A stretch of DNA of 63,889 nt, the filler included, from Klebsormidium nitens (Eukaryota; Plantae; Klebsormidiophyceae): the NCBI GenBank assembly GCA_000708835.1. It is 6 parts of 6 records of this genome, joined end to end, with 100 filler letters (N's around TTAATTAATTAA, not from the genome) between each part and the next. Parts side by side here need not be neighbours in the genome. Positions count along the whole stretch, not along the records: positions 7,028 to 35,874 come from DF237797.1; positions 35,975 to 42,890 come from DF238325.1; positions 42,991 to 51,523 come from DF238067.1; 3 more parts are not named here. The stretch is one strand, 5' to 3'. Both the position numbers and the translations under genes were made by a program. Numbering within the stretch: the stretch's first letter is position 1; each line of letters begins with the position of its first letter. The notes under the pieces are model-generated. The model saw only the letters and a list, made by a program, of their open reading frames with translations. It did no database searches and was not told where the DNA came from. Shown here piece after piece: positions 34,434 through 45,308 of this stretch.

Positions 34434-35262
34434 ATGGAGAAGAGTCTCTCACCCGAGGACGAAGCTTATCAAGCTTTCCTGGACTATGTTAGGCACAGGT
34501 GTCATGAAGCGGGGGACGCCTGTGCGGTGAGTGGATTGGTTGAGAGGGAGATGTGCGCTACAGAAGCAATCAGGCACCAGTTGCTGCTGTATGAAGTGGT
34601 CGCTTATGAAGGAACCATCTACGGCTGAGAACCATACCCTCTTTGATGGCCCCAAAGCAACCACAGTACCCATTCGGAAGTACAGTCAACATTTGATCAG
34701 GCATCTCAACCCCTCACCGGTGGCCCTGCTTGCTGGGTATGTCTACATCACCAGGATCTCCGATTGTGGCCCCAGGCGTGTGGTTCTGTCCTCCACGAAC
34801 GTTCATCGTCTCCTGCTCACTAGGGTCATGGTGGGCGCCAAGTTCTTTGATGATGAGTAAGTAATACCGTATTCAATTGCAGAGGTGTATGCGCGGATAC
34901 ACAGAGGGTTCAGAGGTCCCAATGGGACCGCACCTGCATCTCTCAACACTTGCAAACACTGTTTGCAAAAGCTTGTGATCCGTATATCTGCGCGCACCTT
35001 GCCAAGCTAAACGCTTTTCATTCCTTTCAGCACCTACGACAACTCATTTGTTGCCGAGGTGGGCGGACTCCCCTTGCAAGAGTTGAACAATCTGGAGCTG
35101 GACTTCCTCAAGCGCCTGAACTTCAAGCTGAGCGTTTCAGATATCGAGCTCTATGAGACCCTGATGGCCATCACCTCCCGTCAAGAGCAGCCCCAGGGGA
35201 GGCAGAGACCATGTAGCTTTCGAGTCCTGAGAGCATACGTCCAGCCAGCCTGGGTCAATTAG
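34434..35262 (+). CDS. P/U-type (Pho80-like) cyclin with spliceosomal intron(s)
   Basis: 'VPIRKY..SPVALLAGYVYI.RI..NVHRLLLT.VMVGAKFFDD|DTYDNSFVAEVGGLPLQELNNLELDFLKRLNFKL'. Intron 34857-35030 (GTAAGT..tttcAG). The N-terminus needs either a 37-bp intron (34527-34563, GTGAGT..CAG) or a frameshift. Confidence 0.85.
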
Positions 35263-35274
35263 AGGTGTAATAGT

Positions 35275-35780
35275 ATGCTCATGGACCAAGCACCACACCT
35301 CGGAACCTTTGTACAGCTGTTTGCCATAGGTCCGCAGGACGTAAGCTTCACTGTCAGTCCCACGCACAGCTTCTTCCCAGTTGGTCAGCGCAGTTGGAGG
35401 ACCTATGACGCCTTTGCCAAGGACCCTGTTGTCAACTATTTCAATGAACCCGAGCCTGCTTTCACCAATGATGATATTTCACCCGTATTCACCTGCGACC
35501 TGAGGCGCTCAGGCGATCTGATCACGGGGCTGATGTTGGAGATTGAACTTCCAGTGCTACAGAGCGAGTATGCATACGTGCCAGACGTTGGCTACAGGCT
35601 CATAGATTCTATATCCGTTGTGGTTGGCGGTGTGGAGCTAGACAGCATGGAGGGGCTCCAAATCATGATCAAATCACGCATGTCCAATACGTACGTCAGC
35701 GAGATGGTCAATGGGACGCTGGTCAAGGGGACCTTTGACAGCGACTGCTCCATCCAGGATTTCATCCAGGATTTCATCCA
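35275..35780 (+). pseudogene. NCLDV major-capsid-like protein, N-terminal fragment
   Basis: 'GTFVQLFAIGPQD..F..P.HSFF', 'RRSGDLITGLMLEIELP', 'VGYRLIDSI..VGGVELD'. Truncated at a triplicated 12-mer (catccaggattt) and the junction repeat. Confidence 0.75.
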
Positions 35781-35787
35781 GGATGCA

Positions 35788-35856
35788 CGTACGTCATGTG
35801 CATGTGTCCTGCAGCACTCACCGTGTAACGGCACGACTGCGTCACGTGACGCATGC
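35788..35856. repeat. Right junction: 21-bp inverted repeat unit + direct repeat unit leading into the LTR-like TGTAACGG sequence
   Basis: Counterpart of 26781-26840; includes 15 bp of D5 coding flank (ctgcagcactcaccg) duplicated from 26781. Confidence 0.88.
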
Positions 35857-35976
35857 GTACGCACGTATCGACTANNNNNNNNNNNNNNNNNNNNNNNNNN
35901 NNNNNNNNNNNNNNNNNNTTAATTAATTAANNNNNNNNNNNNNNNNNNNNNNNNNNNNNNNNNNNNNNNNNNNNGG

Positions 35977-36387
35977 GATGGAAATTACCTGCTCGAGTTT
36001 GCAAAGGGCCAATTTCGATTGGTATTGAAGAACTTCAAAACCGTAAAGACGCATGGCGTCCAGACTATTGACTTGCCTACTCGAACCAACAACGTGATAG
36101 CTGAGAGTCTCCAGGTTTTCCCTCGAAAGTACCTTTTGAGCCGCATGAGGACTCCCGACGCCCCAATGTCGAAGAACTATCTCACTAAGTTTTGCGGATC
36201 CATCTTTCCAGACGCCAATGTTGGCACATGCCTTCTTCGAAAGATTTGCGTCTCTTACGCAATGAAGGACGCCCCGAGTTTGGCCGAAAGGGACGCTCTT
36301 GCAAAGTCGATGTTGCATACTGCGGAAATGCAACAGCGGACTTACGAGAAGCACTATCTACCCGATGGGTCTCGGATGCAATTTTGA
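35977..36387 (+). CDS. Tyrosine recombinase/integrase C-terminal half (virophage / Polinton-like-virus type); 5' end lost in gap
   Basis: Open from the gap: 'GNYL..LVLKNFKTVKTHG' (catalytic K), 'YLL..PMSKNYLTKF..IF..VGTCLLRK' (R), 'LAKSMLHT..Q..TYEK' (H and nucleophile Y). Confidence 0.7.
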   Translation, partial: DGNYLLEFAKGQFRLVLKNFKTVKTHGVQTIDLPTRTNNVIAESLQVFPRKYLLSRMRTPDAPMSKNYLTKFCGSIFPDANVGTCLLRKICVSYAMKDAPSLAERDALAKSMLHTAEMQQRTYEKHYLPDGSRMQF

Positions 36388-36431
36388 TACGCTTGTGCAT
36401 GCATATAGAAATGCGAGCAGGCTCGATGCAT

Positions 36432-36767
36432 TTAGGATGCCGCACCAGTGAGAAACGTTGAAATGCTTTCAAAAGATCGACTTTCGTCCAAGTTTGCAAT
36501 GTCCGTTGAACCAGTGGGGGTATCAATTGGAAATCCAGCATCTATCAGCTTGATTAGAGTACGTTTCTGAGGTCTCATGCCTTTCATATACCGTGTGTAT
36601 GCCTTGCTCAACAAAATCGCATCACGATTCCTTGAGTAGTAGCGCCTTACCGATCCGAGGTGCTTTTCTGGATGCATCTTTTGATAAAGTCTCTGCCTTT
36701 TGCAAGTAGGGCACAAACAACCTCGCGTACCCGCTTCATAATTCTCGTTATCGCTCTCGCTTGCCAT
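36432..36767 (-). CDS. Small basic hypothetical protein with CxCxxC motif, divergent from PrimPol-D5
   Basis: MASESDNENYEAGTRGCLCPTCKRQR..YYSRNRDAIL..; start 96 bp from the PrimPol ATG. Confidence 0.45.
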   Translation of the reverse strand: MASESDNENYEAGTRGCLCPTCKRQRLYQKMHPEKHLGSVRRYYSRNRDAILLSKAYTRYMKGMRPQKRTLIKLIDAGFPIDTPTGSTDIANLDESRSFESISTFLTGAAS

Positions 36768-36863
36768 TTGTGAATTGATCACTACACTTCTCTTTGAAAA
36801 TAATCTTGCTGAGCACGCGCCCGCGCGCGTTTGAAAGGCTTTCATTTTTTCAACACTAATCAT

Positions 36864-39767
36864 ATGGAAGCACAAGCGATGGCCGCGTCGATTCAAAGCA
36901 CTCATGAAGCACCTGCCACTGAAGGTCCTAGCCAAGGAGCATTGCCCCCTGCCTCCAAGGCCCTAGGGCCCAGGGGGATTAGAAAGGAGATCATGCGCCT
37001 TCGCGATGGAGGTCTTTATGCGATCCCAGTGCGAGTAGATTGGAACTCAAAGACGAGTAAGAAGGAATCAAAGTTCCCATGTACGTGGGGCCAGATTATC
37101 GACCCAAAATCGTGGTATGAGTCCATCAACACGGCTCTCTTGCAGCGAGCTGATGCGAATGGTGTAGCAATATTGACGGGTCCGAGCGGCCTCTTCGCAA
37201 TTGATGTTGACGTTGATGCCAACTTCAACCCAAAAAAGCTTCCTGGAATCGATCTCTGGAACCGCCTCATCAACATTCATGGCGAACCAGATACCCTAAG
37301 GGCCCGCACCGCGTCGGGGGGTCTCCATTATCTATTTAGGAGCAACAGTCCCGGCTTGTCCTCCCAGAAGAACTTTGCCACCGTGAAGGACGGCAAATAC
37401 ACCTATGGCATAGATGCTAGATGCTGGGGAGGGTGCATATTTGCAGAGCCAACATCCTATGTGAAAGAAGGGCAGGTTGTGGCCTACGAGTGGTTGAACG
37501 GTCCACCAAGCTATGAAGCATGCAAGGAGATCCCAGGATGGCTGATAGACCTCGTGAACAATCGCAGTAACGCCTTGTCGGCCGAGAATCCAAAGAACGA
37601 TACCAAACTCTCCATGATATGTGCTCAGAGCGACAATTCCGATTCTATACCAAATAACGAGGCGCAAAGTTCATGCGGGGAGTCAACTTTCGACGGATTG
37701 TCGAGTGACAATTCACTGCTATTGGCCGAGTTGTGTAAGCTTTTGAAGGAGAAAGCCAACGATACGACCAGCACGTATGCCAACTCGCTGCCCCATGGCT
37801 TATACGGCACTTACTATTGCTATCGAACTAGAGGCCCTCGCAAGTGCTACTTGGGGCACCATCACACAGAAAGCAACAACTTTAACCTTCTAAAGCGAGG
37901 ACGCAACGTGTATTATCGCTGCCATGGCCATGATTGCTCCCAAAAGCCCCCAAAGAAGCTGGGTGAGTTAAGCCTAAAAGCTGCCTTGTAAGATGCAACG
38001 GCTGCACCCGTGGATCCGCATGACGACATGCGAGTGATCACTCAGTACACGAAAGGAACTAGCGAGGCTCAAGATCTGCTGCTTCGCATTATCATTGAGC
38101 ACGCTGGCTCACAGGCATATGTAAACCTTGGGCGGCTCTTTGCCCGCTTGTACATGATTGAGGGCAGGATCCTCGCCACTGTCAATTCTGCTGAGAAGAG
38201 CAAGGATCCGATATACTTCTGTTGGAATGGTTCGTCTTGGGCTCAAGATTCTTGCAACCTCGTTTCGAATGTGTTTACCTCGCAGATGGGCAATCTCCTG
38301 GATTGGTACGAGATGCAACGGAAGAGGCGGTTGGGCTCTCTCTATGGCAGACATCCGGACCTACAGGGGTTTGTAGTGGATGGCAAGCTGAAGCCGCTTG
38401 ATTCTTCGATGGCCAACCCCAAGCTGATACGAACAATCAAGTTGGCCACGGAGTCGTGCATGAAGGAACTAGATGAATGCATGCCCAGCTTCGGCAGGGT
38501 CAACGTTCAGGATGCCGCGGACGTACGTAAGTGCTTGCACGGTGCACTCACCGAGCTGTACGTAAAGGATTTGTTGGACCATTTTGATCAAAATAAGACC
38601 GTGGCCAACGCTTCGAATGGTCTGATCGATCTTCGTACCGGAAAGCTCTTGGCTCACCATCCGCAAGACCTCTGCAATAATTGCACGAGCAAGTACGTTC
38701 GAGGGGCTTCGAGGCGGCCGACCGCCAAGTTTCGGGCCTTTCTACTGGATATTCTGCCACCGGAGACCATTGATTGGCTGCAGATGTTTTTCGGGTACTG
38801 TCTCACAGGAGAAACATCCGAGGAGCTGTTTGTGATCATGAACGGCCTTAGTGGGGCGAACGGAAAGGGGGTTCTCAAGAAGGCAATCGACAGGGCCTTC
38901 GGGAACTATGCTGGGATCGGAAATAAGGCCTTGTTTGTCAAGCCAACATTCAAAGTCAATGCGTCAGCAGCTTCGACAGCTTTGATGCACATTCGACCTT
39001 TGAGGTTTGCCTTTACTGATGAGTTGGAGAAGACGGACCATTTGAACGACCCCTTTATCAAGGAGAGCACGGATGGTGGGCATATTGAAGCGAGAGAGCT
39101 CTTTTGCAAGACGCAGAGCTATGTGTCGCAATACAAACTCTGCCTCTTCACCAATTATAGGCCCGGCTTTCCCTCTGATGACGCTGCTCTGATCCGCAGG
39201 ATGGTCTTGATCACATTCGAATTCACATACAAGGACGCCCACGAGCTTGACATTGGCAATAGCAAACACAAGCTTATGGATACAACTCTCAAGCCGTACT
39301 TTGATTCGGATGAAGGGGCTGCCGACACCTTGGACTTTTGCGTCGAAGGTGCAACCATGTTTTATGCCAAAAAGAGGGAGGCGCCGACTTCAAAGGCACT
39401 CTCTTCAATCCCAGAGGTGTTTAGCGCTGCAGCACGCGAGTACATGAATGAGAACGACAAGCTTCAGATGTTCATTGATCAAGAATGTACGGTGGGGGCT
39501 AACTACAGCATTGCTAAGGACGATTTCGTTGACCGATTTGCAAACTTCTTGTACGCACGCGGTTACGACGCGAGCCTCGCAGGGGAGGGGCTGAATCGTG
39601 CCATGCGCATGAAGGGATTTAGCTCGACCCCATCGGACGGTCGCAAGAACCGGATGATTCAAAGGCTCAACAACCGCGGACGGATGAGTTGCTTCTTTGG
39701 TATTCGGTTGCTCACAGAGGACGAATTGAAGGCGGTTTCGACAGAAGTTGGGGCATCGGAAGCTTGA
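36864..39767 (+). pseudogene. D5: Prim-Pol + D5-like helicase fusion, copy 2, full length with one in-frame stop
   Basis: 'NGVAILTG..AIDVD', 'RTASGGLHYLF', 'NGLIDLRTG', 'GANGKG', 'YKLCLFTNYRP', C-terminal 'FFGIRL'. Only lesion seen is TAA at 37989-37991; the flanking ORFs are in frame. Confidence 0.92.
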
Positions 39768-40236
39768 TACAAAAGATACACTAATTGGGGCCTATTTTTG
39801 AGGCGTGTATCAGCACCTGTGTGGCAGCGACCTTGCGCTTGAAGGGGGCATTCGGGCTGGCAAATGGTTTCGACGAATGATCTTAAGGGTCCCGCGGCGC
39901 TCAAAAACTTTGCAATGGTGTGGGGGCGCCGAGAGACGGGCCATAGAGGGTTGATACAAAAGATACATTTCACAGTGAAGGGTCTCATTGGAATTTGAAA
40001 AAAGAAAGATAAGAAATGTATAGTATATAGTATGCCGGTTTTTTGTATCATTTGCATCCCCCCGAAACCGCGCCAATTGCAATTATTTGGCCATGCAACA
40101 AGCCCCCGCATTAGCAGGCAAAGCCACATTGCACGTTTTTGTGGACAGTTAAGCTGAAAATTATTTCTCACCACGCATGTGTCATGCACGTTGTGAATGT
40201 GATACATACCCAATATTTTGTATCAATTTTGTATCA
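39764..40236. repeat. Array of direct and inverted TGATACAAAA motifs
   Basis: TTGATACAAAAGATACA at 39764 and 39951; inverted TTTTGTATCA at 40041, 40216 and 40227; TGATACA/TGTATCA cores at 40200 and 39806. Confidence 0.82.
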
Positions 40237-40274
40237 CCTTAGAAACGGTGTCTAAAGTGCACCAAATCTTTGAT

Positions 40275-42890
40275 CTAGCCCAACAGCAGTCTGTGTCGCA
40301 CCCCAACCGACCAGCAGCTCGCTGCTATTGCTATACAGAGCTTTCCGTCGTCAACGCGCTTCAGCCCAGCGTTGTAGGCATCGAGGAGAAGCGGGAGGAT
40401 GACCATGAAGTTGTCCAGGCCGCTGTACCACCCCAAGGACCGAAAGCCCTTCAAGAAGCTGTTGACGGACTCCACCGCGCTCGTGTTCATCCAGCAAAGC
40501 GAGTCGTAGCTGTCCGCGGAGTTGCTCGGCCCACATTTGTGAACCTCCGCGCCCGCCTTTGCGTAGTGAAACCTGCAAGCCCACACAAAACGTGTACATG
40601 AACATCTGTTTCCTGGCGGGAAACACCATGCAACTCGAGACGCAGTGCTCACAACATCGAATACTCTTTTCAAGCTTGACCACAAATGTACACGGTCCTT
40701 CTTCATTCAAATTTAGGGTTTGAATTTCGAGCTCACCTATCCACCAGAAATCGTACATCCGCAAAATGCGCCGGGGCCCGCCTCATACAGTAGTTGCGCA
40801 GGGCACACGCGTTGTCAAAAACGAGCGTCTTTGGGAGATGCTCGCGCCTCAACCGCGTGTAAAGCACCGCAAATGGGTCCCGTGGACTCTCGCCTCGCAG
40901 CATCACGTGGAACCCATAGATCATACGATGGGGACAACAAAACACGAACACCCCTCTACTTCGATTGGGCCGCTTTGCACCGCCCCCCCTCTTCACCATT
41001 TTGCCTCCCCCCTTGACCAGGCCAGGCACGTTCTCAGCGTCCCATTCCGTGACGCTTCTCCCAGTTGCACACTTGAACTCCTCCGAGCTTCGACTACGAC
41101 CATCCGAGTGCTCAAAGCTGCTGTATTGTGGCAGGCCTCGCTTTTGCTCCCACCCCGGAAAGCTATAGTGCGCCAGCGCGTCTTGCTCGGCTCTGAAGGC
41201 GTGTCCCTTTGGCAATGGATGCAACTCAACCCCCTCCTCGTCGCGCCCCAAACGGTCCCAGAGCAAGGCCCTCTGCCTCTCGCTCATCGAGCGCCATTGC
41301 TGTGGGCTTGGACTCAAGTTCTCGACGCCCGGAAGGAGCTCGTTTGCCAGAGCGCGCGCCTTTTCCAAACGCCCGCTCTCCTCTTGCGACAGAGGTCTCT
41401 CTCTCGCCTCACGCAGCAGCCAAACGGCCTCGTCAAACGGCCGGACCGCTTGGTAAACCCACCCAAACTCCCCTTCCACTTCGAACCCTGTCGTTCCTCT
41501 TGCGGCGAGCGTTAGAAGGTAAAGCTGATGGAGTGTCCCCATGAAGAAGGCGGGAAAGGTGAGCCCTCCATGTGCGTCCAGGATCCGCCTCAGGATTGGG
41601 GCCGCTCTCCCCATTTGCCGCCGGTCCTCGAGCAAAGCCTCGCCCCCAAGAAGCAACTTGTGGATCACGCCGAGAGCGGCCCCTCCGATCAGATCCTCGT
41701 CCGAGTCGTGGGCCCCCAACGAATAAAGCAACTCGGTCCACTCCCCAACCCAGCTCTCCCAGAGGTTGGGATTCATCCCTCTCGCCTCAAAGTCCGCTTG
41801 GATGCCCCTTAGGAGCTCGTAAACCGCAAGGTTGCGGTCCCTCACCATGGTTCGCTGCTCCGTCAGCAGACGCCTCTTGCCGTCCTCCGGTAGCGGACCC
41901 TCCGCCTCGCCCGGACCGATGCCTTTCACCACGCGAGGGTCCTCGTGCGCTAGGCCGTCCAAGAGGCTCAAGAAGCCCGCCTTTGAGAGCCTTGGTCCAA
42001 GCTTCTCGTCCTTTGGTCGGTGCTGTGAGAGACGCGCGACCGCCTCTCGAAGCTCAGGCTGAAGGAGAAGTTTTCGCTTCATTCCCCCTCCTTCCAGACC
42101 CGCCCCGCAATAGTCCCGACCGGAGATGGACCGCTTCTCAAGCAGCTCCCCGTTTGCAAACCGACTCGGATGCACCATTGTCCGCCGAGCATCTAGAGTT
42201 GTGCTGCCGAGGCCCCCCGGCTTCTTTCCCCCATCCGAGTTGGCAAGCCCCACGATCCCGTCGCAGAGGAGGACCTGTTTATGAACACAGAGGGTTTTGT
42301 AGATTATCAAAAGATGTACACGTTTCCTTTGAACATATGTCCAATCAAAACGTGTACATAAAGATGTCAATCACCTACATGAAGATGCATGGCTTCAAAC
42401 CGATCGATGGGCCGCAGAACCTTGTTGTAGATTATCAAAAGATGTACACCTTTTGCTTTGAATAATGTTCCATCAGAACGTGTACATGGAATATCAATCA
42501 TGTCAATTGCCATTTTGAGAGTACAATGCCTTCAACATGTTGGTTGCCAGTGGGCAGTCATACCAAAACAACGAACATTGTCCTCCTCAAATGTTTGTCA
42601 CAATCTGAATTCAACTAAAAGACCAACTTCGATTTTGCTCACCTTGGGATGAGGCCCGCACAACGTGCAACAGTCACGGATGCCGAGGCCAACGAGCTTG
42701 AAGAAGTCAAGGCTGGCCTTTCGCCACGTCTCCTCGTTCAGGACCTCGGCCCCCAGCGAGCGCTCAAAGGCAGCTTGGTTTGTGGCCAGCTCTGCCTTGA
42801 AGGAATGCCCCTTTTGCATGCCTCGCAGGATCAGTTGGAGGCTCTCCTGAACGAAGAGCGTTCGCCGGTTCCAGGTGTAGAGACCGAGGT
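40275..42890 (-). mobile_element. KDZ-superfamily transposase (Kyakuja-like), intron-containing
   Basis: 'CCTLCGPHPK|VLLCDGIVGL', 'GVFVFCCPH..YGFHVM..GESPRDPF', 'VFDNAC.L..YC..R', 'VDR|FH..HKC', 'NTSAVESVNSFL'. GT-AG intron 40573-40736 joins DR|FH. Confidence 0.85.
42297..42449. repeat. 25-bp direct repeat and AAACGTGTACAT motif cluster in a KDZ intron
   Basis: ttgtagattatcaaaagatgtacac at 42297 and 42425; aaacgtgtacat at ~42348, gaacgtgtacat at ~42477. Confidence 0.7.
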
Positions 42891-42990
42891 NNNNNNNNNN
42901 NNNNNNNNNNNNNNNNNNNNNNNNNNNNNNNNNNTTAATTAATTAANNNNNNNNNNNNNNNNNNNNNNNNNNNNNNNNNNNNNNNNNNNN

Positions 42991-43012
42991 GGTCGGCTTC
43001 CGTACCGTTACA
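42991..43012. mobile_element. Possible LTR end (..CGTACCGTTACA) related to the TGTAACGG family
   Basis: Reverse complement TGTAACGGTACG; emerges from a gap; only 22 bp visible. Confidence 0.35.
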
Positions 43013-43528
43013 ATATATGTTACGCTTATCGGTCATAGTTATCGAGTGATTCGAATCCGCTCTTTCATAGCGCATCGTATATCATCACGTGGGTACAGGT
43101 TGGGAATGTTGACCATCCGCAGTTTAATGAAGTGCGTATATATTCGTCTCTGCAGGCTGGGCATCTGGTTGCCCCTATGACCTTTCTTTCCTGACTAGAC
43201 TATCAAGCATTCTTCTTTTTGCAGCGGAGCCTGATTAGACCAAACACCGTGGACATTGATCATGTATACTAGCTCCCTGTTTGTTTGAGAATAGTACAAC
43301 CCTCTTTGGATGTATGGGGCTCCATCTCTTGTCTCCCAATCGAAATAGAAATAGCTTTGTTCAACCCAGTTTTGTCGATCTTGTCACTAACACTGCTTCA
43401 CATACGGCTCGATAATTCGTCCAGAGACTCAAGAAAAGCGCGCTCTCAGTGTGGTAGGAACCTGTTGATGGTCAAGAGAAGCTAGCAGGGCACATCTTGC
43501 AATCGTGATTCATAACAGACTCTCACGG

Positions 43529-43950
43529 TGTCACGCCGGGTGGCGCTTTCGTGCCAAAATTTGCAGGGCTGTCCTATGTATGTGGAATTGTATCAATGAG
43601 GCAATGCAGAACAAACAGCTTACTGATCAATTGCTTGCTTCACTCTGCCGCAAGTTTCGGAGGGTTGATTTCGCCTCATAACTGACACGGCTCGGGTCAA
43701 TGGTTACTTCTTTAGTTGCGGAGCATGCAATAACCAGCAAACCAGCTCCATCAAATCCTTAATTACATAGGAATGTTACATGACTTAGTGTCGTGATGCT
43801 GCGTGTCGTGTCGATAACGTCTCGAGTTCCATGACCATGCGCAACCTAATGTGCTCGAAATGAAAAACTACCGCGGCTAATCCGCGCAATGATCAATCCT
43901 GACATGCTGATGTAGTCGTAGTCATGCAGAAAACGTAGTAATCCATGGTA
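43529..43950 (-). repeat. Putative 3' LTR of the DNMT-Gypsy element
   Basis: Bounded by TGTCACG (43529) and the PPT; inner terminus reads TA instead of CA on the plus strand (one C>T); partner LTR not in view. Confidence 0.45.
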
Positions 43951-44038
43951 CTCCCCCCCACCTTAATTGGCGAAGTCGTCCCGACGTAGCCTCTTGAAGT
44001 CCCGGAAGTAGCCCAAATAAGGTAGTCGTACTAGTCGT

Positions 44039-45308
44039 CTAGTTGTCGTCGTCGTTGACAGGGCACCTCGGGCAGAAGCAGTTGCCCTTGGGCATGCGCT
44101 TGACTGGCGGGGTCAGGCAATGCATGTGCCATCCCTCATCGCAGTTGTCGCACAGCAGCATCTTTGGTGCGCCCGTAGTCTTGTGGCAGACTTGGCATGC
44201 CTGGTCCCGGTCTGCTTCGGTGAACACAGGGTTCTGCCAGAGGTCAATGCTCGGGTTGTGGCACGGAGCGCAGTTCTCGACGTGCTCAGTAATCGTCTTC
44301 TGGTCACGGCCTTCCAAAAGGACTCGGCCCGTTCCCTTCAGTTCCTTGACGCGCAAAATCAGGCGGCCGACTTTGGGGTCCAGGGAGTCAGCGGGCTGGC
44401 GGCGTAGGTAAACCAGATCGCCCACTTCGTACCGACGCAGTTTCGGTTTGAAGTCTCGTGCGCGTAGCGCAGGATGTCCCGGTGCTGAGCGATGGCGCGA
44501 TTCAACGAACGCCATGAGTCCGATTTCTTTGACCAGCTCAGCGCGGTCGTGTAAGAACTCCGCGCACAGGATGGAATCGTCCAGATCCACTGGCTCCTGG
44601 AGAATGTCGCGTACCTTGCTCCCGACGATTGGGTGTCGGCCGAAAAGCAGGTAGTAGGGTGAATAGCCCCCCAGGGACGCCTGTCGGCTCATTCGGTACC
44701 CCATGGCAATCCATTGGAGAAACCGGTCCCAGTGCCGCTTGTTGAACAGCAGGCCGTACTTGCGCACCGCCTCCTTGACGACTTGTACTATGCGCTCGGC
44801 CAGACCATCGGTCTGCGGGTGATTCCGCGAGGACCAGATGTGGTCGCTATACAGGGCAATCATGACCTCATCGAACTCGCCCTCAAACTTTCGGCCCTGG
44901 TCGGTCACGACCTCCGCGGGCGCTCCAAATCGGGATCAGAACATCCCGAAAGGCGGCTGCGACGTGCTTGGCCTCCTTGGCCGGAATCGCACGGAGCTCA
45001 ATCCATTTCGTAAAGTGCTCGACCATCACGACGACGTAGCGGTTGCCGTCGTCGGACTTCTGTGGCATCTTGCACAGGTCCGCGCCCCATCGATAGAACA
45101 TGCCCATGATTGGCAGGGGCTTGAGCTCAGGGTCCTTGACGTCGAACGTCGCCTTGACCCGATCGCAGACGGTGTAGCCAGCTACCTCGTGCTGGACCTG
45201 ACCATACATTCCGACCCACCAGTAAGTGGGGCTCAGCAGCAAGTACGTCTTCAGGACGCCGTAGTGGCCGACATCCTGGTGCACGCGGCGAATCAGGCTC
45301 GCGCGCAT
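44039..45308 (-). pseudogene. Retroviral-type integrase with C-terminal PHD finger
   Basis: 'VHQDVGHYG..VCDRVK', 'WGADL', 'TDQG..F', 'HPQTDGLAER', 'SPYYLLFGRHP'; frameshift ~44900. PHD 'CQVC..MLLCDNCDEGWHMHCLTPP..PKGNCFCPRC' at ~44065-44205. Confidence 0.9.

Larger units (their letters stand above)
7068..35780. mobile_element. Endogenous giant virus (NCLDV) derived DNA in two blocks (~7068-15096 and ~23300-35780), interleaved with a host-type gene
   Basis: Tightly packed hallmark NCLDV genes: A32 ATPase, capsid-like N-terminus, A18-like helicase, D5 primase-helicase, RNase III, RNR, Bro-N proteins. Many carry stops or frameshifts. Confidence 0.82.

Noticed and set aside
37989-37991. Programmed readthrough or frameshifting in the PrimPol-D5 genes
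   Set aside because: Each copy is broken at a different position by a simple transition or duplication, which fits decay.
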